Origin: an uncultured Planctomycetaceae bacterium
Lineage (GTDB): Bacteria > Planctomycetota > Planctomycetia > Pirellulales > PALSA-1355
Direction of reading: 5' to 3'
Assembly (NCBI GenBank): GCA_963785305.1
Contig: CAWAUV010000008.1
Location: forward strand, 1 to 64,000
Length of the DNA: 64,000 nt
The notes beneath the pieces were generated by a model. The model saw only the letters and a list, made by a program, of their open reading frames with translations. It did not search any database and was not told the DNA's origin. The number at the start of each line of letters is the position of its first letter. Position 1 is the stretch's first letter. The position numbers and the translations under genes are program-made. Shown here in pieces: positions 37,767-49,095 of this stretch.

Positions 37767-39484
37767 ATGGCCATGCGGCGGATCGGTCAGATTCTGGTCG
37801 ACTTGGGGTTCATCACCGACGAGCAGCTTGAAATGCTGCTCGAGGACCAGCAGCGTCGGCCCGGGCAATTGCTCGGCAAAATGGCCGAGACCATGGGCCT
37901 CGTGTCCGACGACCAGTTGGCCCAGGCGCTGGCCGAGCAGTGGAATATGCAGGTCGTGTCGCTCGGTCAGACCTCGATTCCACCGCAAGTGCTGACCTAT
38001 GTCACGGAGCCGATGGCGCAGATGTATCGCATCGTGCCGATCAGCTTCCGCGACAACACGCTCACGATCGCCACGAGCGAGCCGCAGAACCTGGCGGTGC
38101 AAGACGAACTGCGCACCTTTCTGGGCTACGAAATCCGTTCGGTGGTGACGACCGAGCGCGAAATCAAGGATGCGCTCAACCGCTACTACTCGTCGAACTC
38201 CGAGAGTGTCGAGACCCTGGTCGCGAGCCTGGAAGACGACAAGGAACTCGAGGAACAGGCGGCCGCCGCGATGCGCGCCAGGGCGCACGACCTCACCGAT
38301 GTCGAAGCCCTGGCCGATACGCGCCGGTGCGCAAGCTGCTCAACATGGTGCTCTTGCTCGCGATCAAGGACCACGCGAGCGACTTGCACTTCGAGCCCTT
38401 CGAAGACGAATTTCGCATTCGCCTCAAGGCCGATGGGGTGCTGTTCGAAATGGTGCCGCCGCCGCGCCATTTGGCTTTCGCCATCACTACCCGAATCAAG
38501 GTCATGGCCAACCTCGATATCGCCGAGCGCCGCATGCCGCAAGACGGCCGCATCGAGCTCACGCTGGCCGGAATGCCCGTCGACTTGCGCGTGTCGGTGT
38601 TGCCCACGATGTTTGGCGAGAGCGTCGTGATGCGGGTGCTCGATCGCTCGGTCGTGTCGCTCGACATCACCAAGGTCGGCATGGACGCGCCCACGCTCAA
38701 GGTATTTCGCGAGGTGATGCGAAAACCGAACGGCATCATCCTCGTGACCGGCCCGACGGGCTCGGGCAAGACCACCACGCTCTACTCTGCCCTCAGCGAG
38801 TTGAACGAAGTCACCGATAAGCTGATCACGACCGAGGACCCGATCGAATACGATATCGACGGCATCGTGCAGGTGCCGATCGACGCGGGCATCGGCAACA
38901 CCTTCGCCGCGTGTCTGCGGGCCATTTTGCGGCAAGACCCCGACCGAATCCTAGTCGGCGAGATTCGCGACCTGGAAACCGCCGAGATCGCCATTCAGGC
39001 CTCGCTCACCGGCCACACCGTGTTCAGCACGCTACATACGAACGACGCTCCCGGCACCGTGACCCGCTTGCGCGACATGGGCATTCCGCCGTTTTTGATC
39101 ACGGCCACGGTCGAGGGAATTCTGGCGCAGCGGCTCGTGCGGCGCATCTGCGCGGGCTGCCGCGAGATCACCACGCCCACCGGCGACACGCTGGCCGAGC
39201 TCGACATGACCACCGCCGACATCGCCGGCAAGACATTTTATCGCGGGCGCGGGTGCGATTCGTGCAACAGCACCGGCTACAAAGGCCGCGTGGGCCTCTT
39301 CGAGCTGATGATCATGAACGATGACCTCCGCGACATGATTATGCGCAACGCCTCGACCGACGAGCTGCGCGAGGCCGCCCGAGGCTATGGCATGGTCACC
39401 CTGCGCGACGCCGGCATGAAAGCCGCCTACGACGGGCTCACCACCCTGGAGGAAGTCGTGCGCGAGACCGTGATGGAAGCATAG
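37767..39484 (+). CDS. pilB: PilB/GspE ATPase (copy 2) with MshEN c-di-GMP-binding N-terminus, frameshift near 38318
   Basis: RIGQILVDLGFITDEQLEMLLEDQ; ASDLHFEP, GPTGSGKTTT, LRQDPD, CAGC..CDSC. Confidence 0.92.
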
Positions 39485-39561
39485 TTTCAAGAATCCGCAA
39501 TAGAGTCGACGACGTATCGCTTTTACCGTATCACTTCACTCTGCCAACCGCGGGTATCCCC

Positions 39562-40893
39562 ATGCCGCATTATCAATTCGAGGCGATGGACGCCAAGGGC
39601 CAGGAATTCAAGGACGTAATCGAGGCGTCGACCGAGGAGGAAGCGCAGGCGACAATCCGCCAGTTGGGGTACTATGTCACCAAGATCTCGATCAAGAAAA
39701 GCAAGAAGAAGGCGGAGACCAAGAAAGGCGGCGGCCGGCAACGGACCTTTGCCTTTGGCGGCGTCAATACCCGTGTGCTCTGCACCTTCACCCGGCAGCT
39801 CTCGATTCTGCAAGACGCCGGTTTGCCGATCCTGCGCAGCCTCAAAATCCTGGAAACGCAGCAAACTCCAGGGCGAATGAAGAATTCGCTGATGGATGTG
39901 TGCGACGAGATCGAGGGCGGCTCGACTCTTTCGGAGTCGATGGCCAAGGCGCCCAAGGCGTTTGACCGGCTCTATGTCAACATGATCAAGGCCGGCGAGG
40001 CGGGCGGCGCCTTGGAACTGATTCTCAAACGCTTGGCCGACTTTCAAGAGCGGTCGCAAAAACTCCGGCGCAAGATCAAGGGCGCCATGGTCTATCCGGT
40101 CGTGGTGGTGAGCGTGGCCGTCGGTATCTTGACCTTCATCATGATCAAGATCGTGCCCTCGTTCGAAAAGATCTTCAAGGATTTCAATATCAAGCTGCCC
40201 ACGATGACGATCGTGCTCGTCAATATCTCGCATGCGGCGGTCAACTACTGGTGGGCGATTCCGGCGATTCCGTTTTCGCTCGTGATGTTCATCAAGCTCA
40301 TCAAGAAGTTCAAGGCCGGCCGCGTGGGCTGGGATATGTTCACGCTCAAGATGCCGATCTTCGGCCAGTTGGTCGAGAAAAACATCCTCGCCCGCGGCAC
40401 GCGAACCCTGGGCACGCTCATCGCCAGCGGCGTGCCGATTTTGGAAGCGCTGAACATCACGCGAGAAACGACCGGCAACGCCCAGTTCGAATATTTGTTC
40501 GGCAAGGTCAGTGAATCGATCCGCGACGGCGAATCGATCGCCAAGCCGCTCAAGGACTTCTCGAAGATGAAGTTCCACCCGATGTGCGCGTTCTTCTGGG
40601 CATTCTTCTGTGCGGGGCCGATCGGGCTTCTGCTCTACTTGCGGCAAATGAACGGCCGCATCGTCGACGATCTCACGGTGAACATGGTCGACGTGGGCGA
40701 GGAAACCGGCGAGCTCGACACGATGCTCTACAAAGTGGCCGACACGTTCGACGAAGAAGTCGCGGTGCTCACCGAAAGTTTGACGAGCCTGATGGAGCCG
40801 CTTTTGATCATCTTCCTGGGCGGCGCCGTGGGTTTCATCGTGATCGCGCTGTTCATGCCGCTCATCAAACTAATCGAAAGCTTGAGCAAATAA
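39562..40893 (+). CDS. pilC: Pilus platform protein PilC/GspF
   Basis: FTRQLSILQDAGLPI, AGEAGGALE, GEETGELDTML, MEPLLIIFLG..ALFMP. Confidence 0.94.
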   Translation: MPHYQFEAMDAKGQEFKDVIEASTEEEAQATIRQLGYYVTKISIKKSKKKAETKKGGGRQRTFAFGGVNTRVLCTFTRQLSILQDAGLPILRSLKILETQQTPGRMKNSLMDVCDEIEGGSTLSESMAKAPKAFDRLYVNMIKAGEAGGALELILKRLADFQERSQKLRRKIKGAMVYPVVVVSVAVGILTFIMIKIVPSFEKIFKDFNIKLPTMTIVLVNISHAAVNYWWAIPAIPFSLVMFIKLIKKFKAGRVGWDMFTLKMPIFGQLVEKNILARGTRTLGTLIASGVPILEALNITRETTGNAQFEYLFGKVSESIRDGESIAKPLKDFSKMKFHPMCAFFWAFFCAGPIGLLLYLRQMNGRIVDDLTVNMVDVGEETGELDTMLYKVADTFDEEVAVLTESLTSLMEPLLIIFLGGAVGFIVIALFMPLIKLIESLSK

Positions 40894-40911
40894 CGAAAAG
40901 CGAGAAGCCTT

Positions 40912-41032
40912 TTCACCACAACGACACAACGGAATACAAAGAGGCGTTAAGAGGCAATCCAATGCCCGCCGCGAAGCATCCGGCCGAACTGCGTTTCCTC
41001 TTTCGTCGTGCCGTCGTGACCGTCGTGTTGAA
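40912..41032. repeat. Solo octamer-periodic hairpin element
   Basis: TTCACCACAACGACACAACG...CGTCGTGCCGTCGTGACCGTCGTGTTGAA; same design as the 47489 array arms. Confidence 0.6.
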
Positions 41033-41127
41033 TTCCTGGATTCGGTAATGCGTGGCGTTTGGCGTTGCTTGTCCATTTGATTTGATGTCGTTTCCGCTGG
41101 TCGGGGCCCTGTTTTAGGAGTTTTATA

Positions 41128-42144
41128 ATGGATCGCTGTTGCCAACAATCGGCCTCGCGCCGACGCGCGGCCCGGGGCTTTACGCTTATCGAAATGCTCG
41201 TCGTGATCGCCATCATCGGTGTCTTGGCCTCGCTCATTACCGTGGCGGCCATGAACGCGCTCGACACCAGCAAGCAAACCGCGATCAAGACCGAGCTCAA
41301 TCAAATCAACGACGCCTTCACGAATTTCAAGAATAAATACGGCGCCTATCCGCCCTGCGATCTGTCGTTTCCCAGCGGGCACCCGGCAAGCAATCCCGCG
41401 CTCCTGGCTTTCATTATGCAAGCCTTTCCGCGCTATAACACCGGCGGGCCACCGAACTATACGTATCTCGTCAACGACTGGACCAACCTCGGCATCGACC
41501 AAACGACGGCCCATCCCGATCGGGCGATCGTGTTCTGGCTCAGCGGCTTTAGCCCCGATGTGACCCAGCCCTTCAGCGGCGCCGGCGCTCGCACCCCGTT
41601 CTATCAATTCGATCAAACGCGGCTGATCGCGGCCGTGGCCACGCCCGGCTCTTGGCCGACCAACAACCTAAATCCCAATTACGGCTACTCGACCCAGTAT
41701 CAAATTGGCCAGTATGTCTATGTGCCGAAATACGGCGTCTTGTCACCCAATGCTCCCTACGCCTATATCGACGCCGGCCACTATGGCGCCCTCGGCTCGA
41801 GCCCGCAAATCTCGCTCACCTCGTCGCTGAGCTCATCGCCCAATCAGCCGTTCACGATCTACGATTCCACGGGCACGTCGCACGGCATCGCGGCCGCCTA
41901 TGTGCAAGACCTGCAGAACTTGGGAAACTATAGCGGCCCCGCCGCCGCCTATCAGTTCTGCAACCCCACCACGTTTCAAATCCTCTCGGCCGGCCAAGAC
42001 GGTCAGTTCGGCATTCCGAGTCAATCGACGTTTCCCAACGGACGTTTGTATTACACCGGCTACGGCTACAGCCTCGACGGCTCCGATACCGACAATGTCA
42101 CGAATTTCTGCGACCGGTCGCGCCTCGGCGACGCGATTCCCTGA
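41128..42144 (+). CDS. Prepilin-type protein (PulG-like)
   Basis: RRAARG^FTLIEMLVVIAIIGVLA; FKNKYGAYPP; FQILSAGQDGQFG..DNVTNF. Confidence 0.9.
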   Translation: MDRCCQQSASRRRAARGFTLIEMLVVIAIIGVLASLITVAAMNALDTSKQTAIKTELNQINDAFTNFKNKYGAYPPCDLSFPSGHPASNPALLAFIMQAFPRYNTGGPPNYTYLVNDWTNLGIDQTTAHPDRAIVFWLSGFSPDVTQPFSGAGARTPFYQFDQTRLIAAVATPGSWPTNNLNPNYGYSTQYQIGQYVYVPKYGVLSPNAPYAYIDAGHYGALGSSPQISLTSSLSSSPNQPFTIYDSTGTSHGIAAAYVQDLQNLGNYSGPAAAYQFCNPTTFQILSAGQDGQFGIPSQSTFPNGRLYYTGYGYSLDGSDTDNVTNFCDRSRLGDAIP

Positions 42145-42173
42145 TGTCTCGGGGCCGGCGGCGAAGAAGGTTG

Positions 42174-42412
42174 GCCACGGAAACGCACGGAAGGCCACGG
42201 AAAATGCGGAATGCTTGTTGGGCGTTTTTTCCGCCTCCCTTTTCCGTGTTCTTCCGTGTTCTTCCGTGGCTAAAAAATCTCCGGCGCCTTGGTCGGCGGT
42301 GAAGAGGAAGTAGAAGAAGAATTTGGCCACGGAAACGCACGGAAGGGCACGGAAAAATGCGGGAGATGTGGGGGGCGATGGTTGGGTTCCCTGTTCCGTG
42401 TGCTTCGGTGGC
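42174..42412. repeat. Two GCCACGGAA...TTCCGTGGC hairpin elements
   Basis: 42174-42270 and 42326-42412, each with three CACGGAA motifs and an inverted TTCCGTG series. Confidence 0.8.
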
Positions 42413-42451
42413 ACAAAATAGTTCATTTCAGACACTCAAGCGGCCCATGCC

Positions 42452-43635
42452 ATGCGACCCCTGCGATTGAAACCGAGCAATAAGCGAACGAGCGAGCGGC
42501 GGCCGGGGGGCTTTACCTTGGTCGAGCTGTTGGTCGTGATCGCGATTATCGCGATTCTGGCCAGCCTGTTTTTGGCGGGCATGTCGGTCACGGCCGAATC
42601 GGCGCGGGTGCAAAAGACGCAGGCCCTGATCGCCAAGATCAACAACATCATCATGGCCCGCTGGGAAACCTACCGCACCCGGCGCGTGCCGATCACGGTC
42701 GGCACGACGCCGTTGTTTCAGAGCTACTATGCCAGCTCGAGTAACTTTCCAAATGCCCCGCTTAAGACCGTGGTTGCGGCCCAGCGGCTCGACGCCTTGC
42801 GGGAGCTCATGCGGCTCGAAATGCCCCAGGTTTGGACCGATGTCACCTACATGCCGTACGGCACGACATCGCCTCCGGTGTCGTCGAGCTATTTCACTTC
42901 CTCGGGCTCCCCACCGAATCTATTTGCGATGTCCTATTCGATTAGCAGCGGTTCGGTCACGCCAAACGCCTATGGGCAAGCCCCGCCCTCGCCGTGGCTG
43001 GCCTATGCGCGGAAATATGCCACGATCCGCGCGAGCCATCCCAGCGTCGACCCGGCCTCGTCCAACGCCAACGCCGAATGTCTCTACATGATCTGCACCA
43101 CCGGCGTGAGCGACGAGCTCAGTGGCCAAGACCTATTCTCCGCCGATGAATTCGCCGACACCGATCAAGACGGTTTCCCCGAATTCATCGACGCCTGGGG
43201 CACCCCGATTATGTTCTTCCGCTGGGCGCCCGGATTCGTCTCGGAACTCCAACCCGGCTGGCGCAGGTGCAATACAACCTAGCGAATTCCTCGGCCCCTC
43301 AAGAAATTGCTCCCGACCCATTCGATCCGCAGCATGTGTATCCAAACACGACGCTCAAATACAACGCGCAGGGCGAAGTCGAATTCGCGCTCTATCCGCT
43401 CATCGTTTCCGCGGGACCGGATAAAGCGTTCGACATCGTGCTCAACGATGTCAGCGCTTCGACGCCGATTATTTATGGGCTCGTGAACAACGACCCCTTC
43501 TACAGCACGGTGTCGTCCAATGTGCATAACACGTCCGCGTACCTCGGGCCCGACGGCGCCGTCGCCGACGCCAACGCCAACGGCATTCTCGAATACGTCG
43601 ACAATATCCACAATCATTTGATGGGAACCAAGTAA
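42452..43635 (+). CDS. Prepilin-type protein, frameshift near 43262
   Basis: RRPGG^FTLVELLVVIAIIAILA; DTDQDGFPEFIDAWGTPI; LYPLIVSAGPD..DNIHNH in next frame. Confidence 0.88.
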
Positions 43636-43636
43636 C

Positions 43637-44890
43637 ATGCGACGCTGGAGCATTCAACGCGCTGCCGCGGGCGTGACGCTCATCGAGCTCTTGGTCGTGA
43701 TCGCGGTCTTGATGATGGTCACCGCGGCGGCGATTCCCATCGTGGCCCCGTCGATTCAAACCCGTCGCGTGCGCGAGGCCACCCGGCTCGTGAGCACCTA
43801 TCTGGCCGGCGCCCGCGGGCGGGCGATCGAAACCGGCCGGCCGGTCGGGGTGATGATCGAACGCTATACCCCCGGCTTGGCCGCGGGAACCGCCACTGTC
43901 ACGTCGGGCGGCACGACGACTTCCGCCGCCGCCAGCACTCCACAACCCTATTCGATGACACTTTCCACGGTACAAACCCTGCCGCCCTATGCGGGCGATT
44001 ACACCGGCTCGGTGGCCTATGTCTGCTGGACCCAGAATTCGCTCGGACAATATTTTCTCTATGTCGACGGCCTGGGCATGAACCTGGGCAGTTCGTCGAA
44101 TCAGCTCTACGACAATATTGGGATCCAAAAAGTGCAAATCGGCGATCGCGTTCGCTTCAATTATCAGGGCCCCTTTTTCACGATCATGAGCGCCACGCAA
44201 CTCGATTCGAACAATCAATATATCACCGGCGTGACACAACAGGCGGGCCTGACGCTCGCGCCCTACAGCATGACCACGACATCGCTCGGCACTAGCGCCC
44301 CGATCAGTTATTTGCCGCCCTCGGGCATGCCTGCTTACAGCACCGACCCCAATGCCGGCATCCAGGGCGTTCAACTTCCCTATCAAATTTTTCGCCAGCC
44401 GATTCGCTCTTCCGATCCGCCCTTGCAGTTGCCCGAGGGCATTGTGATCGACATGCAATGGTCGGGCATGAGCACCGAACTGAACGGCGTGTTCCTGCCC
44501 AACACGAACTATCCGCGGCAGAGCCCGATCATTTCGTTCGCCCCCAACGGCGGCGTCGACATGCTCTACGACCAGGTCTATCAACACGCCAGCGGGCCGA
44601 TCTATCTTTTGCTCGGACGAGCCGAACAAGTGACGACTTTCCCCACGACATCGACGCCCTATCCGCAAAACAACCTCGGCGACCTCAACAGCCAATGGGT
44701 CACGGTGATTCCACAGACCGGCCAGATATTGAGCAACCCGAACGCGAATCCGACATTTTCCACGAACAAAGGTTATGTCGGCATGAATCAATTCGGCACG
44801 ACTCCGGCGGCCGACGTGGTCACGGCCCGCTCGATGGCCACCGGCATGACCAACGGCAACGGCGTGGTGACCACCTTGGGAGGCGAGTGA
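43637..44890 (+). CDS. Prepilin-type protein (FimT/PulH-like minor pilin)
   Basis: AAAG^VTLIELLVVIAVL; RVREATRLVSTYLAGARGRAIETGRPVGV. Confidence 0.85.
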   Translation: MRRWSIQRAAAGVTLIELLVVIAVLMMVTAAAIPIVAPSIQTRRVREATRLVSTYLAGARGRAIETGRPVGVMIERYTPGLAAGTATVTSGGTTTSAAASTPQPYSMTLSTVQTLPPYAGDYTGSVAYVCWTQNSLGQYFLYVDGLGMNLGSSSNQLYDNIGIQKVQIGDRVRFNYQGPFFTIMSATQLDSNNQYITGVTQQAGLTLAPYSMTTTSLGTSAPISYLPPSGMPAYSTDPNAGIQGVQLPYQIFRQPIRSSDPPLQLPEGIVIDMQWSGMSTELNGVFLPNTNYPRQSPIISFAPNGGVDMLYDQVYQHASGPIYLLLGRAEQVTTFPTTSTPYPQNNLGDLNSQWVTVIPQTGQILSNPNANPTFSTNKGYVGMNQFGTTPAADVVTARSMATGMTNGNGVVTTLGGE

Positions 44891-44891
44891 T

Positions 44892-47469
44892 ATGCGCGTG
44901 CTTCACATGACAATCTCCCTGTGCTCCGTGTGCCATGCCCACGCTTGCGTGGGCATGCCCTCCGCGCGGCTTGCGCGGGGCCGAACCACATGCCCACGCG
45001 AGCGTGGGCATGGCACGCCGCCGCGCCGCCGCGGCGTCACGCTGGTGGACAACTCGGCTCGCCAAAATCCTTCGCTAGCGCTTCAGGCTTGTGTGGACAA
45101 TGCTCTGTCGCGCACACCTAGCGCCGTGTGCCATGCCCACGCTTGCGTGGGCATGCCCTCCGCGCGGCTTCGCGGGGCCGAACCACATGCCCACGCGAGC
45201 GTGGGCATGGCACGCCGCCGCGCCGCCGCGGCGTCACGCTGATGGACAACTCGGCTCGCCAAAATCCTTCGCTAGCGCTTCAGGCTTGTGTGGACAATGC
45301 TCTGTCGCGCACACTTCAGCGCCGTGTGCCATGCCCACGCTTGCGTGGGCATGCCCTCCGCGCGGCTTGCGAGGGTCCGAACCGCATGCCCACGCGAGCG
45401 TGGGCATGGCACGCCGGCGCGCCGCTGCGGCGTCACGCTGATGGACAACTCGGCTCGCCAAAATCCTTCGCTAGCGCTTCAGGCTTGTGTGGACAATGCT
45501 CTGTCGCGCACACTTAGCGCCGTGTGCCATGCCCACGCTTGCGTGGGCATGCCCTCCGCGCGGCTTGCGAGGGTCCGAACCGCATGCCCACGCGAGCGTG
45601 GGCATGGCACGCCGGCGCACCGCTGCGGCGTCACGCTGGTGGACAACTCGGCTCGCCAAAATCCTTTGCTAGCGCTTCAGGCTTGTGTGGACAATGCTCT
45701 GTCGCGCACACCTAGCGCCGTGTGCCATGCCCACGCTTGCGTGGGCATGCCCTCCGCGCGGCTTGCGCGGGGCCGAACCACATGCCCACGCGAGCGTGGG
45801 CATGGCACGCCGCCGCGCCGCCGCGGCGTCACGCTGATGGACAACTCGGCTCGCCAAAATCCTTCGCTAGCGCTTCAGGCTTGTGTGGACAATGCTCTGT
45901 CGCGCACACTTACGCGCCGTGTGCCATGCCCACGCTTGCGTGGGCATGCCCTCCGCGCGGCTTGCGAGGGTCCGAACCGCATGCCCACGCGAGCGTGGGC
46001 ATGGCACACGGCATGGCAACCGGTTCGCCGGTGGCGCCCGCCGCGGAATCACGCTGATGGAAGTGCTGATGAGCATGTTTATTTTGCTCATCGGGCTCTT
46101 GAGCGTGGGCGCCCTGATTCCGGTGGGGCGGTTCGAGGTAGGCCAGGCCGATCAGATCGACCGCGCCGCGTCGGTCGGCCGCTCGGCCTTTCGCATGCTC
46201 AAAACCTGCGGCATGCTCCGGCCCGACGCGGGCAACACCTCGCAGCATATATCGATGTGGTACGCGCCCGTGGCGGCGACGGGCCAATTGACCGGCCAGC
46301 TCGCGACCGATATCACGAACAACGGCAACTTCGTGCCGGTCGCCAATGGCTTGCCCTATACCGACTACGACTCCAATTCCAGCACTTACCCGCCGCAACT
46401 TTCATATGCCCTCGACCCCTGGGGCATGGTCTACAACGCCACCGGGCAGGTGATTAACACCTCGAATCCCTCGGCCATGTTTTCGAGCAGCGCGCTGAGC
46501 CCGGCGACATTTCCCGCGGGCGCGGTTTCGACGCTCGGCGCCGCGCTGCCGAATGTGCCGGTGATGGCGCGCATCACGCTACGGGCCGCGCCGTCGCTCG
46601 GAATTTGCATGTCGCTGGCCCAAGCAGCGCATCTATTTCAACCGCAAGACGACCTAAGCTACTTCGCGCCGCCCCCGGGCATGACGCTCACCACTCCCAA
46701 CGGGCCGGCGGTGCAGACGTATTATCCGAATCAAGACCCAACGGTGCAAAACGGAGTTTCCTCGGGCGGCAGTGGATTGACGCCGCAGTATCGGCAATTC
46801 GATGGCAACTATTCGTGGATCGCCACGATCGTGCCCAACGCGCCGACGCTGCCCAATCAGAGCGGTGGCGCGCCGGGCAGCCCGACGTATCAACCCTATA
46901 ACAATAATCTTTATACGGTGTCGGTCGCGGTGTATTACAAGCGGCCGATCAATTTGAATGTGAGCGTGGCGCCGGCGAGTCAGTCGATCAACTATCCGGT
47001 GTATCCCGAGCGGCTGGCCGCGGTGAGCGCGTTTCCCGGCTCGGGCATCGGCGGCGGCGAAATCACGCTCAACACGCAGAACATGACATCCACCCAGTCG
47101 GCGGCCTATCTCAATGTGAAGCGCGGCCAGTGGATCATGCTCGCCGGCCAGATCACGCTAACCGCTGGGACATCGCTCAATCCGACGAACACGCCCACGT
47201 ATTTGAACATTTTCCGCTGGTATCGGGTCATCGGCGCATCCGACGTGGTCGATTCCAACGGCAACCCGGTGACGCCGGGCGAGAGCACCTCGGTGGGCAT
47301 GCCGTCGTATTCCCGCAACATCACGTTGGCCGGCCCCGACTGGCCGTATCTTTCGGTGATGGCCAACGCCAACCATCCGATCACCTACGCCTTCCTTTGC
47401 GACGGCGTGGTGGGAGTGTACGAAAAAAGCATGAACCTAGAACGCCCCAGCGACTGGTCGACACAATAG
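44892..47469 (+). CDS. PilV/PulI-like prepilin; leader apparently contains the 198-bp array
   Basis: ARRG^ITLMEVLMSMFILLIGLL with cleavage Gly at 46045-46047; ATG 44892 lies 1 nt after the upstream stop; start position uncertain. Confidence 0.75.
44926..46008 (+). repeat. Tandem array of 198-bp REPIN-like units (5 full + 1 partial)
   Basis: Units start 44926, 45124, 45322, 45520, 45718, 45917; each has inverted 28-bp palindromic REPs GTGCCATGCCCACGCTTGCGTGGGCATG / CATGCCCACGCGAGCGTGGGCATGGCAC. Confidence 0.95.
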
Positions 47470-47488
47470 CCGACAGCGATGCTCAAAT

Positions 47489-49051
47489 CAGGTAGTAACC
47501 ACAAAGCCACCAAGACACAAAGAAGAACAAGAAATCCCGGAGCGAGCGCTGGCCATGTGCTCAAGTTGAAACGCGTCCCAGTTCCTGTGCCTTATTCTTC
47601 TTCGCGCCTTCGTGGTCCATCAATGGCTTAAAAGCGTATCAAATGCCGACACGGCGGCCGGACAGGTAGTAACCACCAAGACACAAAGACACAAAGAAGA
47701 ACAAGAATTCCCGGAGCGAGCGCTGGCCGTGTGCTCAAGTTGAAACGCGTCCCAGTCCCTGTGCCTTATTCTTCTTCGCGCCTTCGTGGTCCATCAATGA
47801 CTTAAAAGCGTATCGAATGCCGACACGGCGGCCGGACAGGTAGTAACCACAAAGCCACCAAGACACAAAGAAGAACAAGAAATCCCGGAGCGAGCGCTGG
47901 CCGTGTGCTCAAGTTGAAACGCGTCCCAGTCCCTGTGCCTTATTCTTCTTCGCGCCTTCGTGGTCCATCAATGACTTAAAAGCGTATCACATGCCGACAC
48001 GGCGGCCGGACAGGTAGTAACCACCAAGACACAAAGACACAAAGAAGAACAAGAATTCCCGGAGCGAGCGCTGGCCGTGTGCTCAAGTTGAAACGCGTCC
48101 CGGTCCCTGTGCCTTATTCTTCTTCGTGTCTTCGCGCCTTCGTGGTCCATCAATGACTTAAAAGCGTATCACATGCCGACACGACGGCCGGACAGGTAGT
48201 AACCACCAAGACACAAAGACACAAAGAAGAACAAGAATTCCCGGAGCGAGCGCTGGCCGTGTGCTCAAGTTGAAACGCGTCCCAGTCCCTTTGCCTTATT
48301 CTTCTTCGTGTCTTCGCGCCTTCGTGGTCCATCAATGACTTAAAAGCGTATCACATGCCGACACGACGGCCGGACAGGTAGTAACCACAAAGCCACCAAG
48401 ACACAAAGAAGAACAAGAATTCCCGGAGCGAGCGCTGGCCGTGTGCTCAAGTTGAAACGCGTCCCAGTCCCTTTGCCTTATTCTTCTTCGTGTCTTCGCG
48501 CCTTCGTGGTCCATCAATGACTTAAAAGCGTATCACATGCCGACACGACGGCCGGACAGGTAGTAACCACCAAGACACAAAGACACAAAGAAGAACAAGA
48601 ATTCCCGGAGCGAGCGCTGGCCATGTGCTCAAGTTGAAACGCGTCCCGGTCCCTGTGCCTTATTCTTCTTCGTGTCTTCGTGGTCCATCAATGACTTAAA
48701 AGCGTATCGAATGCCGACACGGCGGCAGGACAGGTAGTAACCACAAAGCCACCAAGACACAAAGAAGAACAAGAAATCCCGGAGCGAGCGCTGGCCATGT
48801 GCTCAAGTTGAAACGCGTCCCAGTCCCTGTGCCTTATTCTTCTTCGTGTCTTCGTGTCTTCGTGGTCCATCAATGACTTAAAAGCGTATCACATGCCGAC
48901 ACGGCGGCCGGACAGGTAGTAACCACCAAGACACAAAGACACAAAGAAGAACAAGAATTCCCGGAGCGAGCGCTGGCCATGTGCTCAACTTGAAACGCGT
49001 CCCAGTCCCTGTGCCTTATTCTTCTTCGTGTCTTCGCGCCTTCGTGGTCCA
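47489..49051. repeat. Tandem array of 174/182-bp hairpin units (8 full + 1 truncated)
   Basis: CAGGTAGTAACCAC at 47489, 47663, 47837, 48011, 48193, 48375, 48557, 48731, 48913; arms (ACACAAAG)n and (CTTCGTGT)n; lengths differ by one octamer. Confidence 0.97.
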
Positions 49052-49095
49052 ATTTCGTTCTGGTTGCCGTTACTTTCTTTATAAGGAATTCGCCC

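Noticed and set aside
44926..46008. CHAHAC repeats as a heme- or metal-binding protein
   Set aside because: Not CxxCH; the residues are the direct translation of a DNA palindrome.
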